Shown here: positions 22,851-34,490 of the stretch, piece after piece
Numbering within the stretch: the stretch's first letter is position 1
Layout of the letters: each line of letters starts with the position of its first letter
Source: Macrostomum lignano
Lineage: Eukaryota
DNA: 64,000 nucleotides
Direction: 5' to 3'
Assembly (NCBI GenBank): GCA_002269645.1
Contig: NIVC01002423.1
Coordinates: 1-64,000, forward strand
The notes under the pieces: generated by a model
Seen by the model: only the letters and a program-made list of their open reading frames with translations
What the model was told of the DNA's origin: nothing
The model's database searches: none
Program-made: the position numbers and the translations under genes

Positions 22851-23900
22851 TTAGTTTCTGTTGCTTTGTTTTATTTTGATTTCTAGAATCAAATTGGCTG
22901 GATGGGTTGTAGTTAAGCAGATGCAGAAGTTTGCGGTGCAGGGCGTTTCAGTTGGGCTAGCAAGAGTGTTCAATTTCTCAATCATCACTTCCATCACCTT
23001 TTGAATTCTTATTTTATCATCATGTACATAGGGGCACTGCGATGAAGCAATAACAATGATCCTTGCTGCACGAAGTCGTAACGCGCACTCGTGTTTGACC
23101 ATTATTTCACTCCGTCACCTACTATACAGCCCACCATTGTTAAGTTTAGCATTTGAATTGGCTTGCTTAACTGTGTAGAATACGGAAACGAACTCGTTCG
23201 GCTCGCTGGTGCTGATGTGTGGAAGTTCAATGCTGGATTCCAGAACGATGGGTTCAATAACTTTGCGCTCTCCAACTCTGAGTACGACTGAGTACGACTC
23301 AGTACGGTAGTACGACTCAGTACGGCAGTACGACTCAGTACGGCAGTACGACTCAGTACGGCAGTACGACTCAGTACGGCAGTAAGACTCAGTACAACTC
23401 GGGCGGATGATGTGGCCTGCTAGCTGGAGTCGCCGACGGCGCAACAGGTCGCTTGGATGGACCAGGCCGGCACGGTGATACAAAGCCGCGTTAGTCACTC
23501 GCTCGTAGCCGCGATCGTCAAGCAGGCCAGCATGCGCCGCGGCAACTTGTTGCTCGAGCGACTCTGTCAGCGTCCAGGTTTCGGCGTTGTACAGCAGGAT
23601 GGTCTCAAACATAGGGTCAGATAGGGCCGCGGGTTGCAGGACTGCCTTCACAGAGCCCGCGGACGCGCAAATCATCACCGCCAGAACCAGACCGTCGGGA
23701 TGGACGAACTGCTGACAACGCGGAAGCTCTGTCGCCTGTCCATCAGCGCCCCCGACACAAAATCACAGCCTCGATGTCATCTGGCACGCACAGCAGGACA
23801 GTTTTCTGCATGTTGACCGCCAGGAAGCACCGAACGAGAAGCTGTCCGCTGCTACGTTGTATGCCAGCCGTCTGCCAGAAATCGGGGAGTGTGCGGGAGT
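22851..23900 (-). pseudogene. Broken second copy of the kinase gene (C-terminal part 22851-23278; RRLAYNVAADSFSFGA fragment at about 23770-23900)
   Basis: Near-identical translations to the 30644-32227 kinase (EPIVLESS...STSEPNEFVSVFYTVKQANSNA; KRIQKVMEVMIE.LNTLASPTETPCTANFCICLTT). Interrupted by LINE DNA, an insertion and stops. Confidence 0.85.
23279..23630 (-). mobile_element. RTE-like non-LTR retrotransposon 3' fragment with an 18-bp tandem tail (23279-23397), inserted in the kinase relic
   Basis: ETILLYNAETWTLTESLEQQV...VTNAALY...DLLRRRRLQLAGHIIR matches the post-RT region of RTE-type LINEs, followed by (gagtcgtactgccgtact)n. Confidence 0.7.
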
Positions 23901-24730
23901 GTCCCAGGAGGTGCGAGGTGGCAGTACGATGCACATGATGCACATGATCCAGCGGTGAAGGTGCTTGTGCATGCGTGCCCTATTCTACAACATTCGACAA
24001 CAATTAAATCATAATTTTATGAATAAATAAATACTAAGAGTAAAGTAGGGGCTATTTATTGAAGTTAATTGAGTCCAAGCCGGTGCTTTTTGGTGTATTT
24101 TTACTCAATTAATTGAGTAATAAATTACGTTTCTAACTTAAGTAGTCTGGTCTCGGTAGGTACCGTATATTTATAGTATGGTTTTCTTCCGCAAATTTCA
24201 CTAGAAATCTATTGCATCATAGCAAATGGCGAAGTATATACTCTTGTTTAGTACAAACAAAATTACTGGACAAGAAGAGTTAGTCAGTAATTCGACTTTA
24301 CATTAATATACGAGGGATCAGAATTCAATAGAAGGTTACTGGAAAAGCAAGGAATGTTAAATTAAATAATTTTATGGACTATTAGAATGTAAAATAAGCA
24401 AGCATGCTACAGTTCTTTGACAGTGTCAAAGTTTGGTAGAAAAAAAAGTTATTTTTACTGTAAGAAAACAGAAGGATTAAAACTTTTGTAAGGAGATAAT
24501 TTGAGTAACAAATAAGGACGAAACTAAACAATAGCTCGTTAGTAAATTACCATCATGTTTAAAAATAAAAAAGGATAGTATTGGTAGTACCCATCTATTT
24601 TGAAATTGATTCACTCAGAAAACGAAATACACATTGTTCTTAGTCTAGGCTAGCTCTCATTTTAAAATAAAATTTGTTTTGTAAAAAAAGATGTGTCAAG
24701 CATCTGATGTACACTCAGAAAAATGTTAAA

Positions 24731-24924
24731 GTTTCCACCTTGAAACCAGATTTCAGCCCCAAGTGACGCAATTTACACCACACAACGCGGTTTTCGTCTC
24801 AATTGGGGGTAATGCACCCTGCGCCATAAAGCCTCAGCTTAGAGTGGTGAGGAGAGAGTGGAGAGTTATGACAGAAGTTGAATTGAAGCTGCGACTTGTT
24901 GAACACTGGTTTCGGGGTGGAAAC
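24731..24924. mobile_element. Possible small MITE (19-bp imperfect TIR gtttccaccttgaaaccag / ctggtttcggggtggaaac)
   Basis: Inverted repeat visible; no TSD identified. Confidence 0.35.
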
Positions 24925-25345
24925 ATGTTGCTGAGAGTATGTTTCTCCTGGCAGAATACACCTAGAACAACATCTTGCTTCATTTGAAATTTTCGAAAGT
25001 CCAAAAGGCGAGATATTGTGAAGTTTTTGTTAAAAACTAAGAAATTTTAATTTCGCTAGCAATTTTTGAGTCCTGAATCGGCCTCCAGCGAAATTTATAC
25101 AAGTCGCAAGTGTAGAGCATTGCATATTTAACTCTTACAGTTAAATTTAACTTCTTTATCACACACAGTTTTTGTAGTACCCATTACATCAGCTATACAT
25201 ATACTGAATCTAAATGTGATATTATGTACTCAGCAACATTGAAAGTCGCCACCCCACACCCAGTACACCGAAGCAAGAGTTGGGAAACCTTCATGCGTCG
25301 TTGGAGTGTAACGAGCTGAAGTCAGTCACTCTAGGATGGCGGTTT

Positions 25346-28300
25346 TCAACGTTCAACGCCGGCGATCTCGATGCGGTAGCAGCCACTAGCGCTGATCACC
25401 ATCTTCTGGATGGAGCCGTACTTGCCGGCGTTGGTGTCTGCGTTTGGATTTTTTCGATCAATACAATTTCGTCTACCGATGTTGCACAGAAACTAGAGCA
25501 TAAATACGAGTAAGAAATCTGCCCATGGAGGACTGAAGAGAAAGGACGCTGTACTGGCTAATGGTAGCTACAGTTTATGGTGGCTACAACTTATGTTGGC
25601 CATAGTTTATGGTGGCTACAGTTTATGGTGGCTACAGTTTATGGTGGCTACAACTTATGTTGGCCATAGTTTATGGTGGCTACAGTTTATGGTGGCTACA
25701 GTTTATGGTGGCTACAGTTTATGGTGGCTACAGTTTATGGTGGCTACAGTTTATGGTGGCTACAGTTTATGGTGGCTACAGTTTATGGTGGCTACAGTTT
25801 ATGGTGGCTACAACTTATGTTGGCCATAGTTTATGGTGGCTACAGTTTATGGTGGCTACAGTTTATGGTGGCTACAGTTTATGGTGGCTACAGTTTATGG
25901 TGGCTACAGTTTATGGTGGCTACAGTTTATGGTGGCTACAGTTTATGGTGGCTACAGTTTATGGTGGCTACAGTTTATGGTGGCTACAGTTTATGGTGGC
26001 TACAGTTTATGGTGGCCACAGTTTATGGTGGCTACAGTTTATGGTGGCTACAGTTTATGGTGGCTACAGTTTATGGTGGCTACAGTTTATGGTGGCCACA
26101 GTTTATGGTGGCTACAGCTTATGGTGGCTACAGCTTATGGTGACTACAGTTTTCCAAACGAAATACATTACCAAAAATTATTCTGTTTCATATTGTTTGT
26201 ATTGAATTAAATTGTCCACGCAAATTATTTTCAAAACATTAGGGCTAAACAGCTATAATTTTTGCATCGTATTTGGTTTTTCTTCATTTAAATTGGTACC
26301 AGCTACTACAATTAAAAGTTACGAGCGTACAAGTGCGATGGAATTTTGTTTTATAGACCAGTTTGTAAATCTGGCGACAGGCTGCAAGCCGTCTGAATGG
26401 TTAACTACGAGTAGAATGTCTCTGGCCAAAACATCAAACGCAGACACATTGCCTGCTGAGATTTGCAAGCAGTGCATTTTTCCCTCGAGTGAATTGTCAA
26501 CTCCCCCCCAATTTTTCATGCCGAGGTTTGCCCGCAATGTTTTTTCCTGCAGCGCATATTATAGATACTCGGGCAGATACTGTCTGCATTGCCCTCTCCC
26601 CAATGCTTTAGCAAGTCTTTAAACAAAGATATGCCCGATCAAAACGTTTCGATAATACTCGTAAATGTAATGTGATATGCATATTTTCTTGTTCAATGCG
26701 ACTGTAGACCCATTCTCTAGACCCATTCTCTAGACCCATTCTCTAGACCCATTCTCTAGACCCATTCTCTAGACCCATTCTCTAGACCCATTCTCTAGAC
26801 CCATTCTCTAGACCCATTCTCTAGACCCATTCTCTAGACCCTTTCTGTAGACCCATTCTCTAGACCGTTTCTGTAGACCCATTCTCTAGACCCATTCTCT
26901 AGACCCATTCTCTAGACCCATTCTCTAGACCCATTCTCTAGACCCATTCTCTAGACCCTTTCTGTAGACCCATTCTCTAGACCCATTCTCTAGACCCTTT
27001 CTGTAGACCAATTCTCTAGACCCTTTCTGTAGACCCATTCTCTAGACCCATTCTCTAGACCCTTTCTGTAGACCCATTCTCTAGACCCATTCTCTAGACC
27101 CTTTCTGTAGACCCATTCTCTAGACCCATTCTCTAGACCCTTTCTGTAGACCAATTCTCTAGACCCTTTCTGTAGACCCATTCTCTAGACCCATTCTCTA
27201 GACCCTTTCTGTAGACCCATTCTCTAGACCCATTCTCTAGACCCTTTCTGTAGACCCATTCTCTAGACCCATTCTCTAGAACCTTTCTGTAGACCAATTC
27301 TGTGTAAACCCTTCCTCTAGACTCTCTTGTCTAGACCCATTCTGTAGAACCTTTGTCTATACCCATTCTCAGACCCTCTTCTCTAGACCCTATTCCGTCC
27401 TGAGGTTCTTTTCCCTGGAGCGAGCAATCGTTTGCTTTTTTGGATCTACGAGCGTATGCACAATGGACGCTACAAAGCTGTAAATTAGGTTTGTTGGCTC
27501 ATGTCTGATTTTTAAACTAAAAATTCACTATAGGAACAATAATGAATACCTATCTTAGATTTCTTTCAAGTCGTGGCCACAGAATTTAGCATTCATGGTT
27601 TAGTACACAGAAGTTCAAAGTTAGCAATCAGTTAAGTACTTCATCCCCAATCTAATTAAATCAATTGCACAACCATCTACACTAGCAACTACTTGTTACT
27701 GCAAATGCTCCAGGTTATGAGACTGCCTATCTCGCCAGTACCTTGCAAAGCATAATTAAATCATTTTTCTGCAATTCTTACGAGTCACATTTCGAAATAC
27801 GCGTTCTGTTACTATCCTACCTGCTGTGCGTAAACGGATACCATACAATATGCTGCTGTCACTTTGAATAGAAAGACGAGTTTTAATTATGCACACAATC
27901 GTAACTTTTTAGACGCAATGGTACTCACGGTTAAAAATAAAGTGAGTGACATTGAAATCGCGAAAACTGTCCAGCCTCAAGACGACAATGCCGGCCTCCG
28001 ATCCCAGAACTTTTGATTCGCTACTTCCACTTGGGTGAGAGGACGCCGGCTGGGTTACCAGCCGGCAAAGACCGCTGCTCGGTCGGTACTCGAGAGCAAC
28101 GCAGTCCCTCATCCGGCACAGAGTCAGGCAACCCTGCAGGGATTCCACTCCAGAGATGTTACTGACTTGGCTACTGACTCCGGAGTTGATCGTAAGGACA
28201 CCATTGTGCTGCGTGTAGCGAGCAGGATTACAGGATCCTGCAAAGCAATTGTAGAGCGTTAAAGAGCTGCACATATGCAGCTATGAGTCACTGACAGCGC

Positions 28301-28693
28301 GAATGTTCACTTAGACTGTAGGGGTCGGCAAACTCTGGCCCGAGGGCCGCATGCAGACCGGTAAGCCTCTGTATCCGGACCGTCGAGCCCTTCCTTTGAA
28401 ACTTCAGAATAACAATCCGGCCCGGTCAGGGTATGCGAATTGTGTCTCATCTCTCTCTCTCTCCTCTCCCTGCTTCTCTCTCCTCTTCTCTCCCCCACCC
28501 TCTTCTCTCCTCTACTCTTCTCTAATTTAATCTCTCGCCTCTACTCTCTCATCTTTTATCTGTATTTTCTCACATACATGTAGATAATGCAGAATCCACT
28601 AATATGCAAATCAATTGGCTTACCTTGAGCAGCATCCAAGCAAATACAGCAACAGACCAGAAGCATTAACAAGCCGAAAATTATTGACTCCAT
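25346..28693 (-). CDS. Paralog (copy 1) of the PAN + glycine-rich gene, truncated: signal peptide + PAN + 30 residues of exon 3, then stop (156 aa), or a pseudogene
   Basis: Exon 28693-28624 (MESIIFGLLMLLVCCCICLDAAQ G|gtaag); exon 28237-27929 (PAN, almost identical to copy 2); exon from 25437 (TNAGKYGSIQKMVISASGCYRIEIAGVER) with TGA at 25348-25346. No downstream glycine-rich exons found. Confidence 0.7.
25561..26151. repeat. 16-bp tandem repeat (atggtggctacagttt)n, intronic
   Basis: Direct reading; explains the MVATVYGGYSLWWLQF ORFs in several frames. Confidence 0.97.
26703..27390. repeat. 13-bp tandem repeat (tagacccattctc)n, intronic
   Basis: Direct reading; variant units with ctttctg. 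Confidence 0.97.
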
Positions 28694-30643
28694 TGGGAAT
28701 TTTTAACGCAATCTTACAAATATCTTTCCGGGCTCTCAGTAGGATGCTTAAAGTTGTTTTCTACTTCTCATTTTTGAAGGAATTCCGTGTGGGTGTAAAA
28801 TATTTTGCTGCATTATTGCTAGGACAGCCACTCGCCATTGTCTATCCTTGCCTTCCTTGCCTTTCCCTCCTCCTTACCTGGCCCATACTTCTGGCAGTAG
28901 TTTCCACTATGTCTAATAGATAGACGCAGATAGAGTTAGAGCAGAAGTTTCTAGAAATAAATTTCTGAAAGAAGGCAATCTGCTTCCATCCTTACTTTTC
29001 TAAACCTAGCTTAGCCACCTCAGATCGTAACTCTGTCGTTTTTGAAGAGCGAATCTATCAGAAAAATAGTTATGCCGACAAAAACGTGATACTGCCAGCC
29101 TTTTGTCCAGACTTTTAAACTTTCTTAATTGTCTACTATGGAGTGGTTTTGTTCTCGCTTGTCAAGTGGGCAATCACATACGAGTACTTTACCTCTACAT
29201 GTAGTTCTACTGCTAGTTAGTTAAGAGACGTTGGCAAAGTTAGTAAAGTAAAGTAGATTGTTAGTAAAGTAGTAGAAAAACTTAGTAAAAAATGTAATGT
29301 TCTTGGCTCCCATCATAATGCCTTTATTTGAGGACTTTGCCAAGGCTTGGAAATGCTAGGGAAAAATCAATATTGGGAATTGCTGCTGGAATTTTCCTGC
29401 TCTTTAAGGAGATGAGGAGGGAGAAGAGGAGTATAACTCTCTCCCATATTACGCTCGTATCTAGTCTTCAAGTCTTTCTTTCTCTCTTTCTTCTGTGGCC
29501 TGTCTTTACTAAGCATTTAACACTCTACACGCATTCAATTGCCTATAGCTTTTCCACTTGGCCTACTGAGGCGTGATCTAGCTTGTAAGAAGCAGTCGAC
29601 GTAGCCCCGTGACGTCGTGCTATTGTTTCATCTTCAAGTCAGATGATGAAGCAGTAAAAAAATTGTAGCTCTCACGAGTTAACGCGTAAGTTTCTTTGCC
29701 AAAGTAAAATTACTCAAAATTGATATATACTCCAAGTAAGCTATTCTCATTCTCAGCCGCAGTATTTAATTCCATTCTAGAGGCTAAAGTTGAAATTTTT
29801 CTCCATATTCTATTATTTAGTCCAAAAAAGGATTCGAGATTGTGGAATCACTCCGCATACTGAATAAACTGATAAAAAAGGTAATGCACATTAGAGAAAA
29901 ATAATTAATATTTACAGAGGGCAGTTTTATAGGTAATTATAGTAGGCATCAATTCCTCTGTCAATAGTCAGGCAAAAAGTCCACACGGATAACATTTTAG
30001 GTCAGAGAGAGAGAGCCTGCTTACATACCTTTAAACAATCAAATATACTATAACGATTGAAAGAGCAAATAGTAGTACTATATTCATCATCGTCTTGGAC
30101 GCAAAATTATGCAACCACGATTGTAAGCGTGTACAACTGTCGGTAGCACAGAAGTATTAAAGTATCCGTGTGCTTTAAAATTTCCTATCTGCAAAACAAG
30201 GAAAACGAAAGCAAGGCGTATATACAGGATGCGACACTCATGTTTCATGGGTAAAAGTTTTGAAGGCACTAATTTGAAGGCAAAATACACTACGGAGATA
30301 AGAAGTTTTCATTTTTCAGCACAAAAATTGTTATTGCCTTCGATAGGAGGCAGACCCAGTGTTCATCTTTTGATATGTTGTGCCGTTCTTATAGCTCTAT
30401 TGATATTCATAAAGCTTTTTGATCGGAAAATTATGTTAGTTTCTTATTCATAATAAGAAATACAAATACAAATAAGTATCAACAAATATTACGAAAAATA
30501 TTAGCATATTAGCAAACTTTTTAAAGTTAAACTCAAATAGCTAGCCACTTCCACAAGATATACGAAGTAGCTCTTCAAATATTGTAGGGAATCCGTAATC
30601 AGAACATATCCGTAACGAACAGAATGTTATCTGCGCTCGTATA

Positions 30644-32227
30644 CTAACTCACATGAGCGCACAAGCATTCTCTTAGAAATGCGCAAGCTCTTGACGTAAT
30701 CGACGGCGCAGGCGTGTCTTCTCTTTCGACATCGGCGTCGGGCATAAACTGATTGGGAATCCTCATGCCGAATACCAGATCTTGCAGCTTAACGATTGGA
30801 TCTTCTGAAAAAAATTTACTGAACTGCTCAGAACATTTTTTCTCGTTATTCTGACACCACTCAAGCACCGATACTTCGTTTTTGTTGCTTTGTTTTATTT
30901 TGATTTCTAGAATCAAATTGGCTAGATCGGCTGTGGTTAAGCAGATGCAGAAGTTTGCGGTGCAAGGCGTTTCAGTTGGGCTAGCAAGAGTGTTCAGTGT
31001 CTCGATCATCACTTCCATCACTTTTTGAATTCTTTTCTTGTCATTATCGTTAAATTCAGCATTTGAATTGGCTTGCTTAACTGTGTAGAATACGGAAACG
31101 AACTCATTCGGTTCACTGGTGCTGATGCGCGGATGTTCAACGGTGGACTCCAGAACGATGGGTTCACTAACCTCGCGTTGTCCAACTCCGATTGAGGTGT
31201 GGGGAATCTCTGGTCCGTATAGAGGAGAGACGCTTTGAGGAGCGAGACTCCTCAGAGTTTCAAATGCTTGACTGGCTGTGATTCTCTTATCGGGCTCATC
31301 GTCAAGCAAACCCGATAGCAAATCTTTGATTACCGGCATTTGGAGGCCGAAGGCGGCAGAATCTTTGAACTTCGAGTCATTCAGACGTGCCACCAATCTT
31401 GTACGCTCGCAGAAGTAGATAATACTGTCAGCACTTTGATAATCTGTAGGACAATAAGGTTTTCCTATTTTATCTGGTATTTCGCGGAACAGCGCTTCCA
31501 GACAGAGTGCACCGAACGAGAAGCAGTCGGCTGCGACGGTGTATGCCAGCCGTCTGTCGGAACTGTGCGGCATCAGCTCCGGTGCTCTCCAGCCGGGAGT
31601 TCCGACGCCTCCAGTCATGATATTTTCTACCGGTCTGCTGATGTCAAAGTCGCAAAGCTTGCATAGTCTGCCCTGGTTAAACAGCAATACATTGCAACTT
31701 TTCAGGTCTCTGTGAATGACCGGCTTTACCTCATTGTTGAAGCGAATTCCTCCGTGCAAGTATTTTAGTGCTGTAGAAATTTGAAACAGAAAGCTGATGC
31801 AGTGGCTAAAAGAGTATTTGCCTTCGGCATCATCAGTTTGATAGGCTACTTCGTCTTTCAGGACGTCAAACAGGCTGCATTCGGCAAGCTCCATCAAAAA
31901 CAACGGTCCGTAATCGAGATACACCTCAAAGTAGGCAGTGACCGAAACAATGTGGGGATGCGCCGTGTTGGAGTTCGCATCCTTGAAGCTTGCTAGAAGT
32001 TCGTACTCGCGCCTAAATGCATCTCTGTTTCTTTGCAGTTCTGCAAGATCTCTTTCGTCATTTTTTCTGCTCTTAGCAAAGGACTTCATTGCAGAATGAC
32101 TGCCACCGTTTGTGGCTTCTCGAAGCACTTCGCAGCGAAATATACCGTGGGAATGCTGGATGGGATGAATATTTGATATCTCTGTAATGTCAGAACAGGA
32201 AAAACTGCCGTCAGACTGTTGCATCAT
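30644..32227 (-). CDS. Intronless protein kinase, TKL/MAP3K(TAK1/MLK)-like, 527 aa, with DFD motif and an unassigned C-terminal region
   Basis: AMK lysine, RREYE alphaC glutamate, HPHIV, LMELAECSLFDVL, LKYLH, VIHRDLKSCNVLL, KLCDFDISR, GTPGWRAPE, ADCFSFG, PDKRITA. No GxGxxG loop recognisable; no signal peptide or TM. Confidence 0.9.
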   Translation of the reverse strand: MMQQSDGSFSCSDITEISNIHPIQHSHGIFRCEVLREATNGGSHSAMKSFAKSRKNDERDLAELQRNRDAFRREYELLASFKDANSNTAHPHIVSVTAYFEVYLDYGPLFLMELAECSLFDVLKDEVAYQTDDAEGKYSFSHCISFLFQISTALKYLHGGIRFNNEVKPVIHRDLKSCNVLLFNQGRLCKLCDFDISRPVENIMTGGVGTPGWRAPELMPHSSDRRLAYTVAADCFSFGALCLEALFREIPDKIGKPYCPTDYQSADSIIYFCERTRLVARLNDSKFKDSAAFGLQMPVIKDLLSGLLDDEPDKRITASQAFETLRSLAPQSVSPLYGPEIPHTSIGVGQREVSEPIVLESTVEHPRISTSEPNEFVSVFYTVKQANSNAEFNDNDKKRIQKVMEVMIETLNTLASPTETPCTANFCICLTTADLANLILEIKIKQSNKNEVSVLEWCQNNEKKCSEQFSKFFSEDPIVKLQDLVFGMRIPNQFMPDADVEREDTPAPSITSRACAFLRECLCAHVS

Positions 32228-34149
32228 ATACAGATGACAGCTACAACTCTTTCGTGCACTTTAAGAATTGAGTTATGAGAAAAAGTCAGCCGCTCGCTCG
32301 GTTCTGAAATAAAAAAATGTTTGAAACGTTGGTTGATCATCGTACGAATAGTTTTAAACTGTTTTATGTGTCGAAAATACTAGCACTTATGCCTATTTTA
32401 GGTTTCGGAAGACTTAGACTTGCAATCGAATGCACATGAATCACGTGTATGTATATCATGCATATCATGCAACGTCATTGTACATAATGTCATTATTTTA
32501 GCCTAACATAATCCGTGGCGGCCATTACGAGCTACTGCAGCGTAAAGGAAACAGTCACGCAAATAAAGTTTTTTTAACTTTTAACTAAATTCCTACAGAA
32601 AATCATTGAATCAAAGTGACGGCCAAAGCTGCATATTCTCTAAACTGCGCTATTAATTTGTTCAGAAGACCCTATCACATGGTTTAGCGACCCATCAAGA
32701 CTTCTCAAAGACGCCATGGAAATTATTTACCAAATTTAGCAGTGTTGCAAGTGGTAGTATTGGTGACAATGTCACAAAAGTATAAGAATTTTAAAAGAAA
32801 ATAGGTAAACCACAGCTTAAAACTGCGCCATAGTGCTTATTATGGGCGTAAATTCAAATGCTACGATGGCCGACATCTTTCAATTGTGACAAACTGAATG
32901 ATTAAGGATTTAACACTTATTGTATAATTAATTATATTGACAGTTTATAGTAGATTTAGGCAAAGGAGAGCTATTCTTTAATTAATTTTGAGGAAGTTTA
33001 TCGTTGCTAGTGATAACAGGATAGCTTATGAAATATTTAATAAATAAATTAAATAAATCAAAGTAACTCAATTTCATTTAGAATCCTATGCTCAGCTTTC
33101 TATCCGAGCCTATTCTATATTTGAGTTTTTACAAAGCAGTCACAGAAGAGAAACAGTAAACTATACCTTGCGAAACTTGTAAAAAAGAGCCGTTCTATGC
33201 TGTACGTATTAATTGCGCTGCTTCAGCCTGCTGCTTGGCAAGATTTCGTAGATAAAAGCAGCAGTAGTGTGCAAGGGTACGAGCGTAAAATGTAAACGTT
33301 CTTTAGCTTAAATTATCCAAGCAAAGTTTTATACTCTGGCAGGCTTGGTGCAAAGGGACGGATTTTATGTGCTTATTGGGCTATTCCAAGAAAAATGTGC
33401 GTGCATTTATTCTTTACTTGGTGTTACGTGGGCGTTACTGACAGCACTCTACAGTGCAGGAGGAGCGCACAATCAAATTCGTTGCCTCGGTCGTTTTGAC
33501 AATAGCCAAGTGTTCTAGTTAGTTATATCCGCCTGCTTCAGTGACGTCTCTCGAGCTTATCGTTTCTAGATGTAAATTTAAGGTAGGAGTGTATACCCTG
33601 CACTATAACTTTTAGTGTTTTGCTATCTGTGGTTAAGCTTGTTTGCTAGTTAATAGCAGTGCAGCACACAGTTGCTTTTATTTAATATTTAATTTCAGAT
33701 CCAACATACTTTATTTTATAATTTTTATCTCGGTTTTTTAGGGGCCTCAGTTTTTAAACTGTGGATAGCAGTAAAGTTTTTGAGCTTATAAATTCATGAA
33801 CTTGCAACTTTATTCTCTTCTAACTTATCTGACTGTCCTCTTCTTAAATTTAAAAACTGTCCAGTGCAAACTTTAAACTGAAAAAATACATATTTGGTAC
33901 AAAGTTCTATCGGTACACTCTGATAAGTAATATGTTTCGCGTAGTTAGTAATTACTTTATTACAATATGAAAAAAATTAGCATCATATTTTTTCCGGCAG
34001 TTAGATTTAAATAGTCAAAAATGGAGGAAATCATTGACAGCCCCGTACAGTACATGTATAAATTTGCTAGGCAACGTAAAACAGTGCGTGCTTAGTGTTA
34101 GTAAGTTAGCAAGTCAGTTAGTTCTTAAAGAAAGAAGCCTCACAGGTCG

Positions 34150-34490
34150 TGCCTCATCAAGGTCTGGGCGTGACTGACCGAATCTGGGGCGTCAGCCAGC
34201 AGGAAGAACGCTGAGTTCGCGTCTGTCTTCGCTGGTAGGGTGCCTGAAGAGTCAGTAGCACCGGTTGTATGCGCGGAGAAAGTTGCCTGCCAGCTGGAGT
34301 CGAAGACGGAGCAACAGGTTTTTGAATGGACCGATGCAGTGTGGCGATGTTGACTTACTCGTCGCAGATCTTGAAGCCAGTGTGCGCCGCGTCAACTTAC
34401 TATTTGAGCGAGTCCGTTAGCATCCAGATCCTGGCCGAGTTGTACAGCAGGACAGTCTCGACCATCGCTAGGAAGAACGCCGCTTTCTGG
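34150..34490 (-). mobile_element. Second, more decayed RTE-like LINE fragment
   Basis: Minus strand reads AMVETVLLYNSARIWMLTDSL..VDAAHTG...LRLRLQLAG, homologous to 23400-23630. Confidence 0.65.

Noticed and set aside
25593-26210. MVATVYGGYSLWWLQF repeat proteins in several frames
   Set aside because: Artefact of a stop-free 16-bp repeat in an intron.
18452-32227. A single ALK-like receptor tyrosine kinase gene joining the glycine-rich exons and the kinase
   Set aside because: The kinase lies 5' of the ectodomain exons on the same strand, each has its own start and stop, there is no TM exon, and the kinase has Ser/Thr/TKL-type motifs (HRDLKSCN, GTPGWRAPE).
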